A DNA stretch of 56,113 nt from an uncultured Synechococcus sp. (GCA_913061215.1 CAJXSQ010000001.1:1-56113); one strand, 5' to 3'; shown: positions 22,375-32,539, counted from the stretch's first letter. The notes: generated from the letters alone by a model not told the origin. Program-made: numbers and translations.

Positions 22375-22785
22375 TCAGGCGCCGCGCACAACTCCGGTTT
22401 CCGCCTTCTTGAGTTCCTTGGCAACCCGATCGCGCAAGGCATCGGGAACCGGGCGGTTGGGATAGTTGGCGTAGTGACCGGCCAGGGAGTTCAGCGCGGT
22501 CTGCATCGTGGTGAAGGAGGCCAGACCGTTCACCTGGGGACGGGGCCGGTAGCGGGCCATGTAGTCGTTGATCAGGGCGCGGGCCTCGGTTTCGGCCTCG
22601 GAGCGTCCGGGATCATCCGCGGGCAGGGCGATGGTGGCCAGCAGGGTGTCGGCGACCGCCACCGTGTCCTCCACGTAGTTGCCCGTGAGCGGCCCGCCGT
22701 TGCCGGAGCAAGCGGTGAGCATCAGGCACAGACAGAGGCACACCGCCACAACGGCTGCTTTGAGGTGACGCCAACCAGCCGCCAT
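22375..22785 (-). CDS. psb27: Photosystem II assembly lipoprotein Psb27
   Basis: Lipobox LTAC; LTGNYVEDT, SFTTMQTALNSLAGHY, NRPVP. Confidence 0.93.
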   Translation of the reverse strand: MAAGWRHLKAAVVAVCLCLCLMLTACSGNGGPLTGNYVEDTVAVADTLLATIALPADDPGRSEAETEARALINDYMARYRPRPQVNGLASFTTMQTALNSLAGHYANYPNRPVPDALRDRVAKELKKAETGVVRGA

Positions 22786-22820
22786 GGAGCTCCTGCAGGG
22801 GATGGGCGGATCCTATGGCG

Positions 22821-24650
22821 TCAGGCCGTGGCGAGCCCGGCCCGTTCACGCTGCAGTTGCGGGAGCAGCTGGCTCTGCAACCCGCTGGCCGGCAGCTCCA
22901 GCCGCTCACCAACGCTGCGCTGCACCAGCTCCACCTGCCCCTGGGCAGCACCACGACCCACCACCACACGCCAGGGAATGCCGAGCAGATCAGCGTCCTT
23001 GAACTTCACACCGGCCCGCTCGCTGCGGTCGTCGAGCAGCACTTCCACGCCCGCGGCCTCGAGCTCGGCGTAGAGCTGCTCACCGAGCTCACGCTGCGGC
23101 TCATCGGCCACGTTGGCAATCACCACGATCACCTCATAGGGAGCAATGGCCGTGGGCCAGCAGATGCCGTTGCCATCGTGGTGCTGCTCCACCGCAGCCT
23201 GGGCCAGGCGCGACACACCGATGCCGTAGCAGCCCATCCACAGGGGTTCCTCCTGGCCGGCCTCGTTGGTGAAGGTGGCCTCCAGCGCCTCGGAATACTT
23301 CCGACCCAACTGGAAGATGTGGCCCACCTCGATACCGCGGCTGGCCTGAAGCACCTGGGCCGGATCGTGCACACAGCGATCGCCGGGCTGGGCGGCACGC
23401 AGATCGAGACTGTCGGGAAGCGGGCAGAGAGCGCCCCAGGCGGCTCCCACCAGATGGGCATCAACGCTGTTGGCGCCACACACAAATGCCTCCAGCTCGG
23501 TGGCGGTGGCATCGGCCAGGCGCAGGAAACGGGGCTGCCAGCTGCGGGCACCGGCCAGCAGCGCATCGCTCAGGTGCGGCCCCATGAAGCCGAAGGGCAG
23601 CGGATCGAGGCCCTCGCGGCTCACCGCATCAGCCGCAAGCGGAACGATCTCCAGCAACGTGCCGTGCTCGGGCGCCAGACGCGCGGTGACGGCATTGGCC
23701 AGCTTCACCTCGTTGAGCTGCTGATCACCGCGCAGGCTCACCAGCAGAGGGTGCTGAGAACCATCCTCGAAGCGGGCCAGCAGGGCCAGCACCTTCACGG
23801 TGTGGCTGGGCTCGAAGCCGTGGGCAGCGCAGAGATCGTCGATGCTGCTCTGGCCGGGGGTGGCCAGGGGCTCACCGAGGCCGTCGCCACGCACACCACC
23901 CGTGAGCGGCTGGGCCTCACCAGGCAACGACACGGCCCGCTCCTGGTTGGCCGCATAGAGGCCATCAGCGCTGGCGAGGATCAGGTCCTCGCCCGCATCA
24001 GCCGTGACCATGAACTCCTGGCTGGCGGAGCCGCCGATGGCGCCGCTGTCGGCCTCCACGGCCACCGCGCGCAGACCGCAACGGCTGAAGATGCGCCGGT
24101 AGGCCTGGTCCATGGCGGCGTAGGTCTGCCGCAGGCAGGCCTCATCGGCGTGGAAGGAATAGGCGTCCTTCATGATGAATTCACGCCCACGCATCAGGCC
24201 GAAGCGCGGCCTGATCTCATCGCGGAATTTGGTCTGAATCTGATAGAGATTCACCGGCAGCTGCCGGTAGGAGCGCAGCAGATCTCCGGCGAGTGCCGTG
24301 ATCACCTCCTCGTGGGTGGGCCCCAGACCCAGCTCCCGGCCCTGACGGTCCTCGAGGTGGAACATGATCCCCTCGCCGGCGGTGTAGCCGGCCCAGCGGC
24401 CGCTGCGCTGCCAGAGCTCAGCCGGCTGCAGCTGGGGCAGCAGGGTTTCCAGGGCACCGGTGGCGTTGAGCTCCTCGCGCACGATGGCGGAAATCTTCTG
24501 CAGCACCCGCCAGAGCAGGGGGAGATAGGCGTAGATGCCGCTGCCCACCCGACGGATGTAACCAGCGCGCAGGAGCAGCTTGTGGGAGGGGATCTCGGCC
24601 TCGGCGGGATCGTCCCGCAGCGTCACCAGCATCAGGCGGGAGACGCGCAT
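22821..24650 (-). CDS. proS: Prolyl-tRNA synthetase
   Basis: SHKLLLRAGYIR, GPTHEE, KFRDEIRPRFG..RGREF.MKDAYS, GCYGIGVSR, GVKFKDADL. Confidence 0.97.
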   Translation of the reverse strand: MRVSRLMLVTLRDDPAEAEIPSHKLLLRAGYIRRVGSGIYAYLPLLWRVLQKISAIVREELNATGALETLLPQLQPAELWQRSGRWAGYTAGEGIMFHLEDRQGRELGLGPTHEEVITALAGDLLRSYRQLPVNLYQIQTKFRDEIRPRFGLMRGREFIMKDAYSFHADEACLRQTYAAMDQAYRRIFSRCGLRAVAVEADSGAIGGSASQEFMVTADAGEDLILASADGLYAANQERAVSLPGEAQPLTGGVRGDGLGEPLATPGQSSIDDLCAAHGFEPSHTVKVLALLARFEDGSQHPLLVSLRGDQQLNEVKLANAVTARLAPEHGTLLEIVPLAADAVSREGLDPLPFGFMGPHLSDALLAGARSWQPRFLRLADATATELEAFVCGANSVDAHLVGAAWGALCPLPDSLDLRAAQPGDRCVHDPAQVLQASRGIEVGHIFQLGRKYSEALEATFTNEAGQEEPLWMGCYGIGVSRLAQAAVEQHHDGNGICWPTAIAPYEVIVVIANVADEPQRELGEQLYAELEAAGVEVLLDDRSERAGVKFKDADLLGIPWRVVVGRGAAQGQVELVQRSVGERLELPASGLQSQLLPQLQRERAGLATA

Positions 24651-24813
24651 GGGATGCTCAGCAGCAAGGGAGGCCGGAAGCTACCACCGAGCTGATCCCA
24701 CAACCGCCTCAGGAAGCGCCACACGCACCGGGGAAAAGCAGAAAGAATTCCAGGTCAGCAATGGAAAGTCTGCTAGCTTCCGGCCAACGTCCAACCTGTC
24801 GCAGCACGGTCTC

Positions 24814-25284
24814 ATGCAAGCCCCTTCGGTCTCAACAGGAATGGGGCAGGGATTGCATGGCAGCGAAGCGGCGGCGGTAGCAGCAGCGGCAACCGAGCCG
24901 AGCGAGAACCTGATCGGCATCGATGAGGTGCAGCGCTGCCTGAACCGCTCCAGGGCCTCGGTGTATCGCTACACCAACACCGATCCGCGCAACCTCAACC
25001 CGCCCTTCAACCCGCGCAAGCTCAACCCGGAATATCGCAGCGATCAGAAGGATCCGTTGATGTTCCACCCCAACGAGGTGGCGCGGTTTGCCCGGGATGT
25101 GCTGCGGATCAAGGAGGTGACCGTTGAGGTGCTCAATTCACCCTCCACCGCCACGCAGCAGCTGCTGAGCTCGATCCTCGACGAACTGAAAGCGATCCGC
25201 AGCCTGCTCAGTGCAGCGGACGTTCGCCCCACCGACCTCGACAGCCGACGCGATCAGCACGATCAGGCGCGTCCAGCCGCCTGA
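24814..25284 (+). CDS. Conserved cyanobacterial HTH (AlpA/Xis-like) protein, often labelled 'resolvase'
   Basis: IGIDEVQRCLNRSRASVYRY HTH-like segment, LNPEYR, FHPNEVARFA, C-terminal coil; TGn-TAGCTT at 24771-24779. Confidence 0.75.
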   Translation: MQAPSVSTGMGQGLHGSEAAAVAAAATEPSENLIGIDEVQRCLNRSRASVYRYTNTDPRNLNPPFNPRKLNPEYRSDQKDPLMFHPNEVARFARDVLRIKEVTVEVLNSPSTATQQLLSSILDELKAIRSLLSAADVRPTDLDSRRDQHDQARPAA

Positions 25285-25400
25285 TCGGCTTTCCCGACTG
25301 GCAAGGCCCTGCGGAGGTGCCATGCTGACACCATGTTCACGTCTCGCTGTTGAACGGTTAGCGGGCCCGTTGCGCGGCCACTTCGCCCCGTTCCCCCTGC

Positions 25401-25730
25401 ATGGATTCAGAACCCCCTCCCCGATCAGCACCTCGCTCAACCGACCCCACGGGCAGCCCGTCCTCTGAGACCAGCGACGAGCCCTACAGTCCGGGAAGCC
25501 TGTTCCACACCGCAGCTCCCCTGTTCGGGGTGATGCTTGGTCTGTGCACCCTGGTGCTGCCCCTGGCCATCGTGATCAGCGATCGCTCCAGCCGGCCGGA
25601 TGGCCTGAGCGATCCCATGCCCACCGCCTCCTCACCCGCCACTGCCCATGGATTTGCGCAGTCTGCAGGCCTCGCCATCCCCGGGACTGGTGAACCTGAT
25701 GGTGGAGATTCCGGCCGGCAGCCGCAATAA
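25401..25730 (+). CDS. Hypothetical single-TM protein
   Basis: TM segment [20 protein letters not shown] flanked by disordered tails; 3' end overlaps the next gene by 83 bp. Confidence 0.45.
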   Translation: MDSEPPPRSAPRSTDPTGSPSSETSDEPYSPGSLFHTAAPLFGVMLGLCTLVLPLAIVISDRSSRPDGLSDPMPTASSPATAHGFAQSAGLAIPGTGEPDGGDSGRQPQ

Positions 25731-26163
25731 ATACGAATACAACGCTGAAGCCGGCCTGATGGTGCTGGATCGGGTGCTGCATTCTTCGGTGCGCTACCCC
25801 TTCGACTACGGCTTCGTTCCCAACACCCTCGCGGAGGACGGCGCTCCACTGGACGCGATGGTGATCATGGACGAACCGACCTTCGCGGGTTGCCTGATCA
25901 CGGCACGGCCGATCGGCATCCTCGACATGGTGGACTGCGGCGCCCACGACGGCAAGCTCCTGTGCGTGCCGGTGGCCGATCCCAGGCAGCGCACGATCCG
26001 CAGCATCCGCCAGATCGCACCCAACCAACTCGAGGAGGTGGCGGAGTTCTTCCGCACCTACAAGAACCTCGAAGGTCGGGTGATCGAGATCAAGGGATGG
26101 CTCGACAGCGATGCTGTGCCGGCCCTGCTGGAGCGCTGCATCGCCGCTGCCAGCGTCAGCTGA
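25648..26163 (+). CDS. ppa: Soluble inorganic pyrophosphatase (family I), copy 2
   Basis: [53 protein letters not shown]. Confidence 0.92.
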   Translation: MDLRSLQASPSPGLVNLMVEIPAGSRNKYEYNAEAGLMVLDRVLHSSVRYPFDYGFVPNTLAEDGAPLDAMVIMDEPTFAGCLITARPIGILDMVDCGAHDGKLLCVPVADPRQRTIRSIRQIAPNQLEEVAEFFRTYKNLEGRVIEIKGWLDSDAVPALLERCIAAASVS

Positions 26164-26812
26164 GGCGCTGCAACAGGAAGCCCTCGAACCCCAGGGCCTG
26201 GAACACCCGGGCCGGGTCGCCGAAGCCCGCCGCGTTCACGAGGCTGGTGAGGCGCGCCAGCCCGATCGGATGCAGGCCCTCCTGGCTGGTGGCATCAAGA
26301 CCACTGGCCCGCTGGAATCCCTGCCAGGCAGCCTCGAGCTGTCCCTCCAGGGAAGGCAGGCTGGTCTGCATCAGATCCACGAGCACCAGCTGGGCGCCGG
26401 GCTGCAGGCAGCGGGCCAGGGCGCTGAGAAAGGCCAGCTTGCTGCCGTCATCCGGCAGCGACTGCAGCACGAGCACCGAAAGAGCCCCGGCGAAGCGTCC
26501 GGCGGTTCCGGGCTCATCCACCAGCGCCTCCACCGTGCTCTGCTGCCAGTGGATCCCGGCGCGATCACCGAGGCGCTGGCGGGCCTCCTGCAGCATCTCA
26601 GCGCTGGGATCGAGGGCGGTGAGGCCCCAGTCGGGTCGCTGGGCCACGGCCTCCAGCAGCTCGGCGCCGGTGCCGCAGCCGGCCACCAGCACCTCGGCCC
26701 CCTGGCCGGCAGCCGCCGGGGAGGCCGCCAGGAGAGCCACCGAAAGGCGAGCCAGGCTGCCGTAGCCGGGGATCACCTGGCTCTGAAGCCGCTCGTAGCC
26801 TGCTGTGTTCAA
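26156..26812 (-). CDS. Class I SAM-dependent methyltransferase (CmoA-like subgroup)
   Basis: [32 protein letters not shown]. Confidence 0.82.
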   Translation of the reverse strand: MNTAGYERLQSQVIPGYGSLARLSVALLAASPAAAGQGAEVLVAGCGTGAELLEAVAQRPDWGLTALDPSAEMLQEARQRLGDRAGIHWQQSTVEALVDEPGTAGRFAGALSVLVLQSLPDDGSKLAFLSALARCLQPGAQLVLVDLMQTSLPSLEGQLEAAWQGFQRASGLDATSQEGLHPIGLARLTSLVNAAGFGDPARVFQALGFEGFLLQRLS

Positions 26813-26954
26813 GGATCCGGCGTCGTTGCCCCGATGCTAAGTGGCCTGAACAGCGCAGCAGCCGTGGCGGGTTTGGTGTCAGCCCTCAACAACGGCGTCA
26901 GGAATCGTCTCCGGCCAGGTAAGTTTGTCGGCGCCGAAGATCCCCCGTCCGACC

Positions 26955-27314
26955 GTGCCCACCATCCGTTTCGAACAGGAAGGCCAGCAGGTCGGTTGCA
27001 TCGAGGGGGCCAATCTCCGCAAAGCCGCACTCGACGCCGGCATCAACCCCTACAAGGGCCTCAACAACCTCAACAACTGCGGTGGCGTGGGCCAGTGCGG
27101 CACCTGCGTGGTGGAAGTGGTGGAAGGCATGCAGAACCTCTCCCCCCGCAGCGATGTGGAGCAGGTGTACCTGGCTGACCGCCCTGCCAACTACCGCCTC
27201 AGCTGCCGCACCAGCGTCAACGGCGATGTGACCGTGCGCACCCGCCCGCAGGACGGCGTGGGCAAGGGCTCCAACAGCCTGGTGGGCGCGCTCAAGTCGT
27301 TGATCGGCAAGTGA
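26955..27314 (+). CDS. 2Fe-2S ferredoxin (adrenodoxin-like)
   Basis: NCGGVGQCGTC...RLSC; GTG start preceded by TAAGTT. Confidence 0.9.
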   Translation: MPTIRFEQEGQQVGCIEGANLRKAALDAGINPYKGLNNLNNCGGVGQCGTCVVEVVEGMQNLSPRSDVEQVYLADRPANYRLSCRTSVNGDVTVRTRPQDGVGKGSNSLVGALKSLIGK

Positions 27315-27685
27315 GCTCCACCCCTCTGAGGGTCTACAGCTACGCCAAGTGCGGCACCTGCCGCAAAGCCCTGCAATGGCTCGCCCAGCAGGGCTTCTCT
27401 GTGGCTGAGGGCAACCTCGAGATCATCGACATCACCCAGCAACCACCCTCAGCGGAGGAGCTCCACGCGGCGTTCCATGCCCTGGGGCGCAAGCGGCTGT
27501 TCAACACCAGCGGCCAGAGCTATCGGGCGCTCGGCGCTGCCACTGTGGCGGCCATGAGCGATGCTGAAGCCCTCAACGCCCTGGCGGCGGATGGGAAGCT
27601 GATCAAGCGCCCCTTCGCGCTCACGGCCAGCGGTGAAGCCCTGGTGGGGTTCAAGCCGGAGGAGTGGCAGGCGGCTCTGACGTGA
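27311..27685 (+). CDS. ArsC/Spx/MgsR (YffB-like) family protein
   Basis: Y..CGTCRKA, FNTSGQSYR, GKLIKRP, VGFK; GTGA coupling. Confidence 0.88.
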   Translation: MSSTPLRVYSYAKCGTCRKALQWLAQQGFSVAEGNLEIIDITQQPPSAEELHAAFHALGRKRLFNTSGQSYRALGAATVAAMSDAEALNALAADGKLIKRPFALTASGEALVGFKPEEWQAALT

Positions 27686-29114
27686 GCTCATCGAGTTCAT
27701 CCATCAACGCGTCGATACCGGCCCGGTTCATCTGAGCGAGGTAGTTCAGCTTGATCTGCTGCATCAGGCCGCAGAGCAGGTCCTGACTGCGTTCCAGCGT
27801 GCCGGCCTGCTCCAGGGCCGCCGCCAGCTCCTCCCAGAAGCGATCGATCGCCTGCTGCAACAGCTCCGCCTGGCGGTCGTCGCTGCGGGCCAGGCGCTGG
27901 GCGGTGCCGCGGGAGAGGTCCAGCAGGCTGTCCACCATGCCCCCCGCCAACTGGCGGCTGAGGCCGCTGGGCAGGATCGCCCCGCCGGGCACCTCCCGCA
28001 GGCTCTGCTGCAGGGAATGGCCCAGCAGCGACTGAAGCTCCGGCGCCAGCCGCGGCGCCACCCGTCCCAGCACCAGGGGCCCCCAGAGACGCACCAGGTC
28101 CACCAGCTGTTGATCGTCGCCGCTGACGCTCTGGTGGCTGCGCAGGCTGCGGATCCAGCGCGGCCACTGGGGTGAGCGGATCAGCGACTGGGTGCCATCC
28201 ACCAGCTGCAGAGCCAGCACCTCGAACAGCTCCAGCGCCAGCAGCGACACCACGGCACGGCTCACCACGGCCCGCAGCGGCTCCACGTTGATCAAACGCG
28301 CCTGGCTGAGGCGCTCCACCACGGGCACCACCCGCAGCCAGCGCCAGAACGGGAGCAGCAAGGGGAGGTCGATCCAGCGGCGCAGCAGCGCATCCCGCCA
28401 GCTCAGGCCGGGGAAGCGGCGGCGCAGGCGCAGCATGCGCAGCAGGATGTCCAGCGCGAACACGCTCTGGAACAGCAGCAGATCGATGCGCCAGAAGTGA
28501 TCGGTGGGGCGACCGTTCTCATCGATCGATCGCCAGTAGCTGGTGGCCACCAGCGGCAGCACCTGCTGTTGCCAGAAACGGCGCTCCTGCTCCCAACCGC
28601 GCTGCTCAAGCCAGGCCTCGGAGAGCAGGCGATCGGCGGCCTGCTTGGCCGACTCCAACCCGGCCCGCTGCCGCAGGCGGTTCTTGATCTTCTCGAGCGT
28701 GCCGCTGTTGCCGGACGCGGCAAAGGGGTTTTCATTGATCATCGCTGCGGTGAGCTCCACCTGGCGGCGTTGCCGTGCGGTGAGCTCAGCGGCGGGAGCA
28801 CCGTTCAGCAGGGCCTGATCCAGCTCGGCGAAGGCGCGCAGATAGGCCTGGGTCTCGCGGTGGGGCTCGATGCCCTTCACCGGGTCGTAAACGGGCGTGA
28901 TGTCCGGCAGGACCGTGAGCGGCACCACCAGGGGCACCTGGGGCAGCGGCGTGAGGTTGCGCTGCAGCCAGAAGGTGCGCAGGGGGATGTAGGTGATGTC
29001 GAACACCACCAGCAGCAGATTGAGGCCGGCCCAGAGGGCAACGGCACGATCCCAGTGCCGCCAGAGCCGCGAGGCCGTGACCCTCTGGGCCGACAACCAG
29101 CGGGGACGAACCAT
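27651..29114 (-). CDS. Conserved cyanobacterial membrane protein of unknown function
   Basis: FDITYIPLR, YDPVKGIEPHRET, GTLEKIKNR, RWIDLPLLLPFWRWLRV. Confidence 0.75.
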   Translation of the reverse strand: MVRPRWLSAQRVTASRLWRHWDRAVALWAGLNLLLVVFDITYIPLRTFWLQRNLTPLPQVPLVVPLTVLPDITPVYDPVKGIEPHRETQAYLRAFAELDQALLNGAPAAELTARQRRQVELTAAMINENPFAASGNSGTLEKIKNRLRQRAGLESAKQAADRLLSEAWLEQRGWEQERRFWQQQVLPLVATSYWRSIDENGRPTDHFWRIDLLLFQSVFALDILLRMLRLRRRFPGLSWRDALLRRWIDLPLLLPFWRWLRVVPVVERLSQARLINVEPLRAVVSRAVVSLLALELFEVLALQLVDGTQSLIRSPQWPRWIRSLRSHQSVSGDDQQLVDLVRLWGPLVLGRVAPRLAPELQSLLGHSLQQSLREVPGGAILPSGLSRQLAGGMVDSLLDLSRGTAQRLARSDDRQAELLQQAIDRFWEELAAALEQAGTLERSQDLLCGLMQQIKLNYLAQMNRAGIDALMDELDELTSEPPATPPA

Positions 29115-29176
29115 GTGCAGGCCAGGCGACGGCCCTAATCTGCCTCACTTGCACCCGCTGCCGGCAGCCCCGTCCC

Positions 29177-29929
29177 TTGTCCCGCCAAGAACCTCCCGTC
29201 GCCGAGCCGCAACCCGTCCCTGACAAGCCCAGCCCGAAACAGGAGAGCCCCTGGGAGTTCTGGCGCTGGGTGCTGATCACCTTCGGTGTGGCCCTGGGAC
29301 TGCGCCAGGTGCTCGTGGAAGCCCGCTATATCCCCTCGGGCTCGATGCTGCCGGGGCTGCAGATCCAGGACCGGCTGCTGGTGGAGAAGCTGAGCTACCG
29401 GCAACGCTCACCCCAGCGCGGCGAAATCGTGGTGTTCCATGCGCCGCACCACTTCGATCCGGTGCTCAAGCCCGCCCATCAGGCGGGGCCGCTGCGCTGT
29501 CTGGTGGTGAACCTGCCGGTGATCAACATCATTCCCGGCCTGCAGGAGCCGGCCTGTGATGCCTACATCAAGCGCGTGGTGGCCGTGAGCGGCGACCGGG
29601 TGGTGATCAACCCCCGCGGCGAAGTGAGCGTGAACGGCACCCGGCTGAAGGAGCCCTACGTGCGCAACTACTGCCCGGTGGACGATCAGGGCATGGGACC
29701 CTGCCGCACCCTCAATGCCACCGTGCCCCCCGGCCATGTGCTGGTGCTGGGCGACAACCGGGGCAACAGCTGGGACGGCCGCTTCTGGCCCGGCGGCCCC
29801 TTCCTTCCCGAAAAGGAGATCATCGGGCGGGCCTTCTGGCGCTTCTGGCCCCTGGGCACCGCCGGCAGGCTGGAAACCCCTGATCCGCTCAAGCCGGGCC
29901 GGCAGCCAGCCGCCACAGCTCCGCGCTGA
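29177..29929 (+). CDS. lepB: Signal peptidase I
   Basis: IPSGSMLP (Ser), YIKRVVA (Lys), LGDNRGNSWDGRFW. Confidence 0.94.
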   Translation: MSRQEPPVAEPQPVPDKPSPKQESPWEFWRWVLITFGVALGLRQVLVEARYIPSGSMLPGLQIQDRLLVEKLSYRQRSPQRGEIVVFHAPHHFDPVLKPAHQAGPLRCLVVNLPVINIIPGLQEPACDAYIKRVVAVSGDRVVINPRGEVSVNGTRLKEPYVRNYCPVDDQGMGPCRTLNATVPPGHVLVLGDNRGNSWDGRFWPGGPFLPEKEIIGRAFWRFWPLGTAGRLETPDPLKPGRQPAATAPR

Positions 29930-31190
29930 GGCCGCTGGCCAGCACCTGACCGCACAGCTCCGCCCCCGCCAGGGGTTGATTGGCCGCAGCAGGCGCCCAG
30001 GCATCGGGCTCCGCTCGCCAGCGCCGCTGGGGATCGAACAACAGCCAGCGCCGGCTGCCGATCTCCAGCCGCGGCGGCTCCAGGCCCAGCAGCCGCGCCG
30101 GCCCGAAGCACAGCGCTCGCCAGAGCTGACCGGCGCTCCAGCCCTGGCCCAGCACCAGCTCCTGCCACAGGCTGGGCAGCACGAAGCGATGGCCGGCGAT
30201 GCCGGGCATGCGCTGATCGAGGGGCAGCAGCTGCTCCTCGGGGTCGAGGGCCTGGTGGTGCACCGCCACCGCACTGATCAGGCCGTCCGCCAGGGCCTGC
30301 TGCAGGGCCCTGCGATCCGTGGGGGTTCCCAGGGGCGGCACCACCCGCCAGCCCTCATCGATCGGATCGAGACTGCCGCTATCGGCCAGCAGATGCCACC
30401 AGCACACCGTGGCCTCGGGCCGTTGCGGCGGCGGCTGGCTGCGCAGCAGCTCCACGGCTTCGGCGGTGGAGAGGTTCATCAGCTGCAGGCGGCGCTGGGG
30501 ATGGCGCCGGGCCAGGGCCAGCAGATCCTGCAGGGGCAGGGTTTCACTGATGCAGGGATCCGTGGGCCAGCCGGCACGCAGGGCCTCCACCCCGTGGCGC
30601 ACAAACCCGCCCTGGCTGAGGCTGGGATCCCGGGGAGCCAACAACAGCGGCGCCTCGCCGCATTCAGCCAGCTCCAGGCCCCGCTCGAGCAGGGCCAGCG
30701 GCGGGCGATGGGCGGCCTCCGCCAGGCCGAGGGCACCGGCCGCCAGCTGATCGGCATGGGCGGCCAGCTCTTCACCGGCTCCACCCACGCTGAAACTGCC
30801 CCAGAGCAGGATCTGTGGCTCGGGCAATGGCCCGGGCAGCTGCAGGCGCTCAGGGCGATCCCGCCAGTTGGCGGCCTCGGGCAGCAGGGCCACGGTGCCG
30901 TAGCCGGCCGCCAGGGCGGAACGCTGCAGGCTGCGCAGGGTTTCAGCGCGGCCGTTGGCCGGCTCGTGCAGGCAGGAGTGGGGATCCACCAGGCTGGGAG
31001 CCAGGAGCCAGCCGGCGGCGGCGATGGGCTCAGCGCCCACGGCGGAAGCACGGCTGGCGGCCTCCGCACCGATCGCTTCGAGGCGTCCCTGGGCGATCAG
31101 CACATCGCAGCGTTGAGGCTCCAGCCCCTCAGCCGCAAGGAGGTCAACCTGCTGCAGCCAGATCGGCGGCCGGGCTGAAGGTGGGGTCAT
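29889..31190 (-). CDS. Dihydroorotase-like protein, probably the inactive PyrC' type
   Basis: APSLVDPH, ETL.SL..SA.AAGY, PPLG...DR..L..AL.DG; metal ligands degenerate. Confidence 0.82.
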   Translation of the reverse strand: MTPPSARPPIWLQQVDLLAAEGLEPQRCDVLIAQGRLEAIGAEAASRASAVGAEPIAAAGWLLAPSLVDPHSCLHEPANGRAETLRSLQRSALAAGYGTVALLPEAANWRDRPERLQLPGPLPEPQILLWGSFSVGGAGEELAAHADQLAAGALGLAEAAHRPPLALLERGLELAECGEAPLLLAPRDPSLSQGGFVRHGVEALRAGWPTDPCISETLPLQDLLALARRHPQRRLQLMNLSTAEAVELLRSQPPPQRPEATVCWWHLLADSGSLDPIDEGWRVVPPLGTPTDRRALQQALADGLISAVAVHHQALDPEEQLLPLDQRMPGIAGHRFVLPSLWQELVLGQGWSAGQLWRALCFGPARLLGLEPPRLEIGSRRWLLFDPQRRWRAEPDAWAPAAANQPLAGAELCGQVLASGLSAELWRLAAGPA

Positions 31191-32539
31191 AGAGCGCCGG
31201 CAGCGGTGCGATCCAGAACACCGCCAAGATGGGCCGTCTGGTTCAGGCACACCACCACCGGCGGCTGATCCGCGCCGTTGGGGTAGTCGATCACCGTCAC
31301 CCCACCATTGCCCTGTTTCACGGCCCAGATGTCGGCTGGGGTGAGGCCGAGCAGCGCGCAGAGGATCGTTTTGTTCACGGCATCGTGGGCCACCACCAGA
31401 GCGGTTTCATCGCTGTGGAGGCTGGCGGCGATGCTGTTCCAGCCGCGCAGCGAGCGCTCCCACACATCGTGGATGGTTTCGCCATCGGGCATCTGCACGG
31501 TGTGGGGCGCCCGCTTCCAATCAGCCAGAAGCTCGGCCCAGCCATCGGAGATCTCCGCTTCCAGGCAGCCCTCCCACTGGCCATGGCCGATCTCCACCAG
31601 ATCGCGCACGCTGGTGAGCGGCACGCCGGGATGGTGCTGCAGGATGCCCTCGGCGGTTTGCCGGGGGCGGGCCATCGAGCTGGTGTAAGCCCTCTGCACC
31701 GACACCTTGCGCAGGTAATCCCCGGCTGCGGCGGCCTGAGCCCGGCCGTTCTGGTTGAGGGGAATATCGATCTGACCCTGGAAGCGGCCCTGGCGGTTCC
31801 AATCGGTTTCGCCATGGCGCACCAGCAGCAGCCGCGGGCCGGCGCCCTTGGCCGGCAGGCGACCGGCGCACAGCTCCGGGTGCAGGTGGGTGGTGCCGTT
31901 GAGCGATTCGATCTGCACCGCCAGGCCGCCATCCTCGGCTGCACTGAGGTTGAACACCGAGAGCGAGGCGTTCTCCAACCGCAGACGGCGGAAGCCGGAG
32001 GCCGGCAGCCCCAGCAGGGTGAGCACCAGGCAGCGCAGGATGGCGTTGTGGCCCACCACGAGCACGGTCTGCTGCTCGGGGGCTGCGGGGTTGTGGCGGG
32101 CCAGCAGGCGATCGGCGAAGCGGCGGGCCTGCGCCATCAGCTCAGGGATGGGGGCGTAGCTGCTGCCATCGGCGCGCTGCAGCTGCAGCTGCTCCGGCTG
32201 CTGCTTCCAGGTGGCGTAGGCCTCGGGGAAGCGCTCCTGCACCTCAGTGCTGAGTAAGCCGCTCCAGGGGGCGAGGTCCACCTCCATCAGGTCGTCGTCG
32301 AGCTGCGGCTCCAGGCCGCCGCCCTGGGCGGCCAGCAGGGCCGTGGCCGTGTCGTGGGCGCGGCGCAGGGGAGAGCTGTAGGCGGCGCTGATGGTGAGAT
32401 CGCGCAGGGCCTCACCGGTGGCCAGGGCCTGCTTCACGCCCTCCTCGGTGAGGCTGGAGAGATCATCGCGGCCCTGGATGCGGTGCTCCACGTTGAAGCT
32501 GCTCAGGCCATGGCGAACCAGCAGGATCCGGAGAGACAC
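31187..32539 (-). CDS. Tandem-domain histidine phosphatase (GpmB/CobC-like)
   Basis: Two RHG motifs (LVRHGLSS, LVRHGETDWN) with downstream VVGH/VAH motifs. Confidence 0.9.
   Translation of the reverse strand: MSLRILLVRHGLSSFNVEHRIQGRDDLSSLTEEGVKQALATGEALRDLTISAAYSSPLRRAHDTATALLAAQGGGLEPQLDDDLMEVDLAPWSGLLSTEVQERFPEAYATWKQQPEQLQLQRADGSSYAPIPELMAQARRFADRLLARHNPAAPEQQTVLVVGHNAILRCLVLTLLGLPASGFRRLRLENASLSVFNLSAAEDGGLAVQIESLNGTTHLHPELCAGRLPAKGAGPRLLLVRHGETDWNRQGRFQGQIDIPLNQNGRAQAAAAGDYLRKVSVQRAYTSSMARPRQTAEGILQHHPGVPLTSVRDLVEIGHGQWEGCLEAEISDGWAELLADWKRAPHTVQMPDGETIHDVWERSLRGWNSIAASLHSDETALVVAHDAVNKTILCALLGLTPADIWAVKQGNGGVTVIDYPNGADQPPVVVCLNQTAHLGGVLDRTAAGAL

Noticed and set aside
24985-25030. tcaacccg repeats as a CRISPR or iteron array
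   Set aside because: Only three 8-mers inside a CDS, explained by Asn-Pro codons; no spacers or cas genes
25285-25400. Possible glutamine (glnA/downstream-peptide) riboswitch or Yfr sRNA
   Set aside because: The conserved cores I recall for those RNAs are not present; an Rfam scan would be needed
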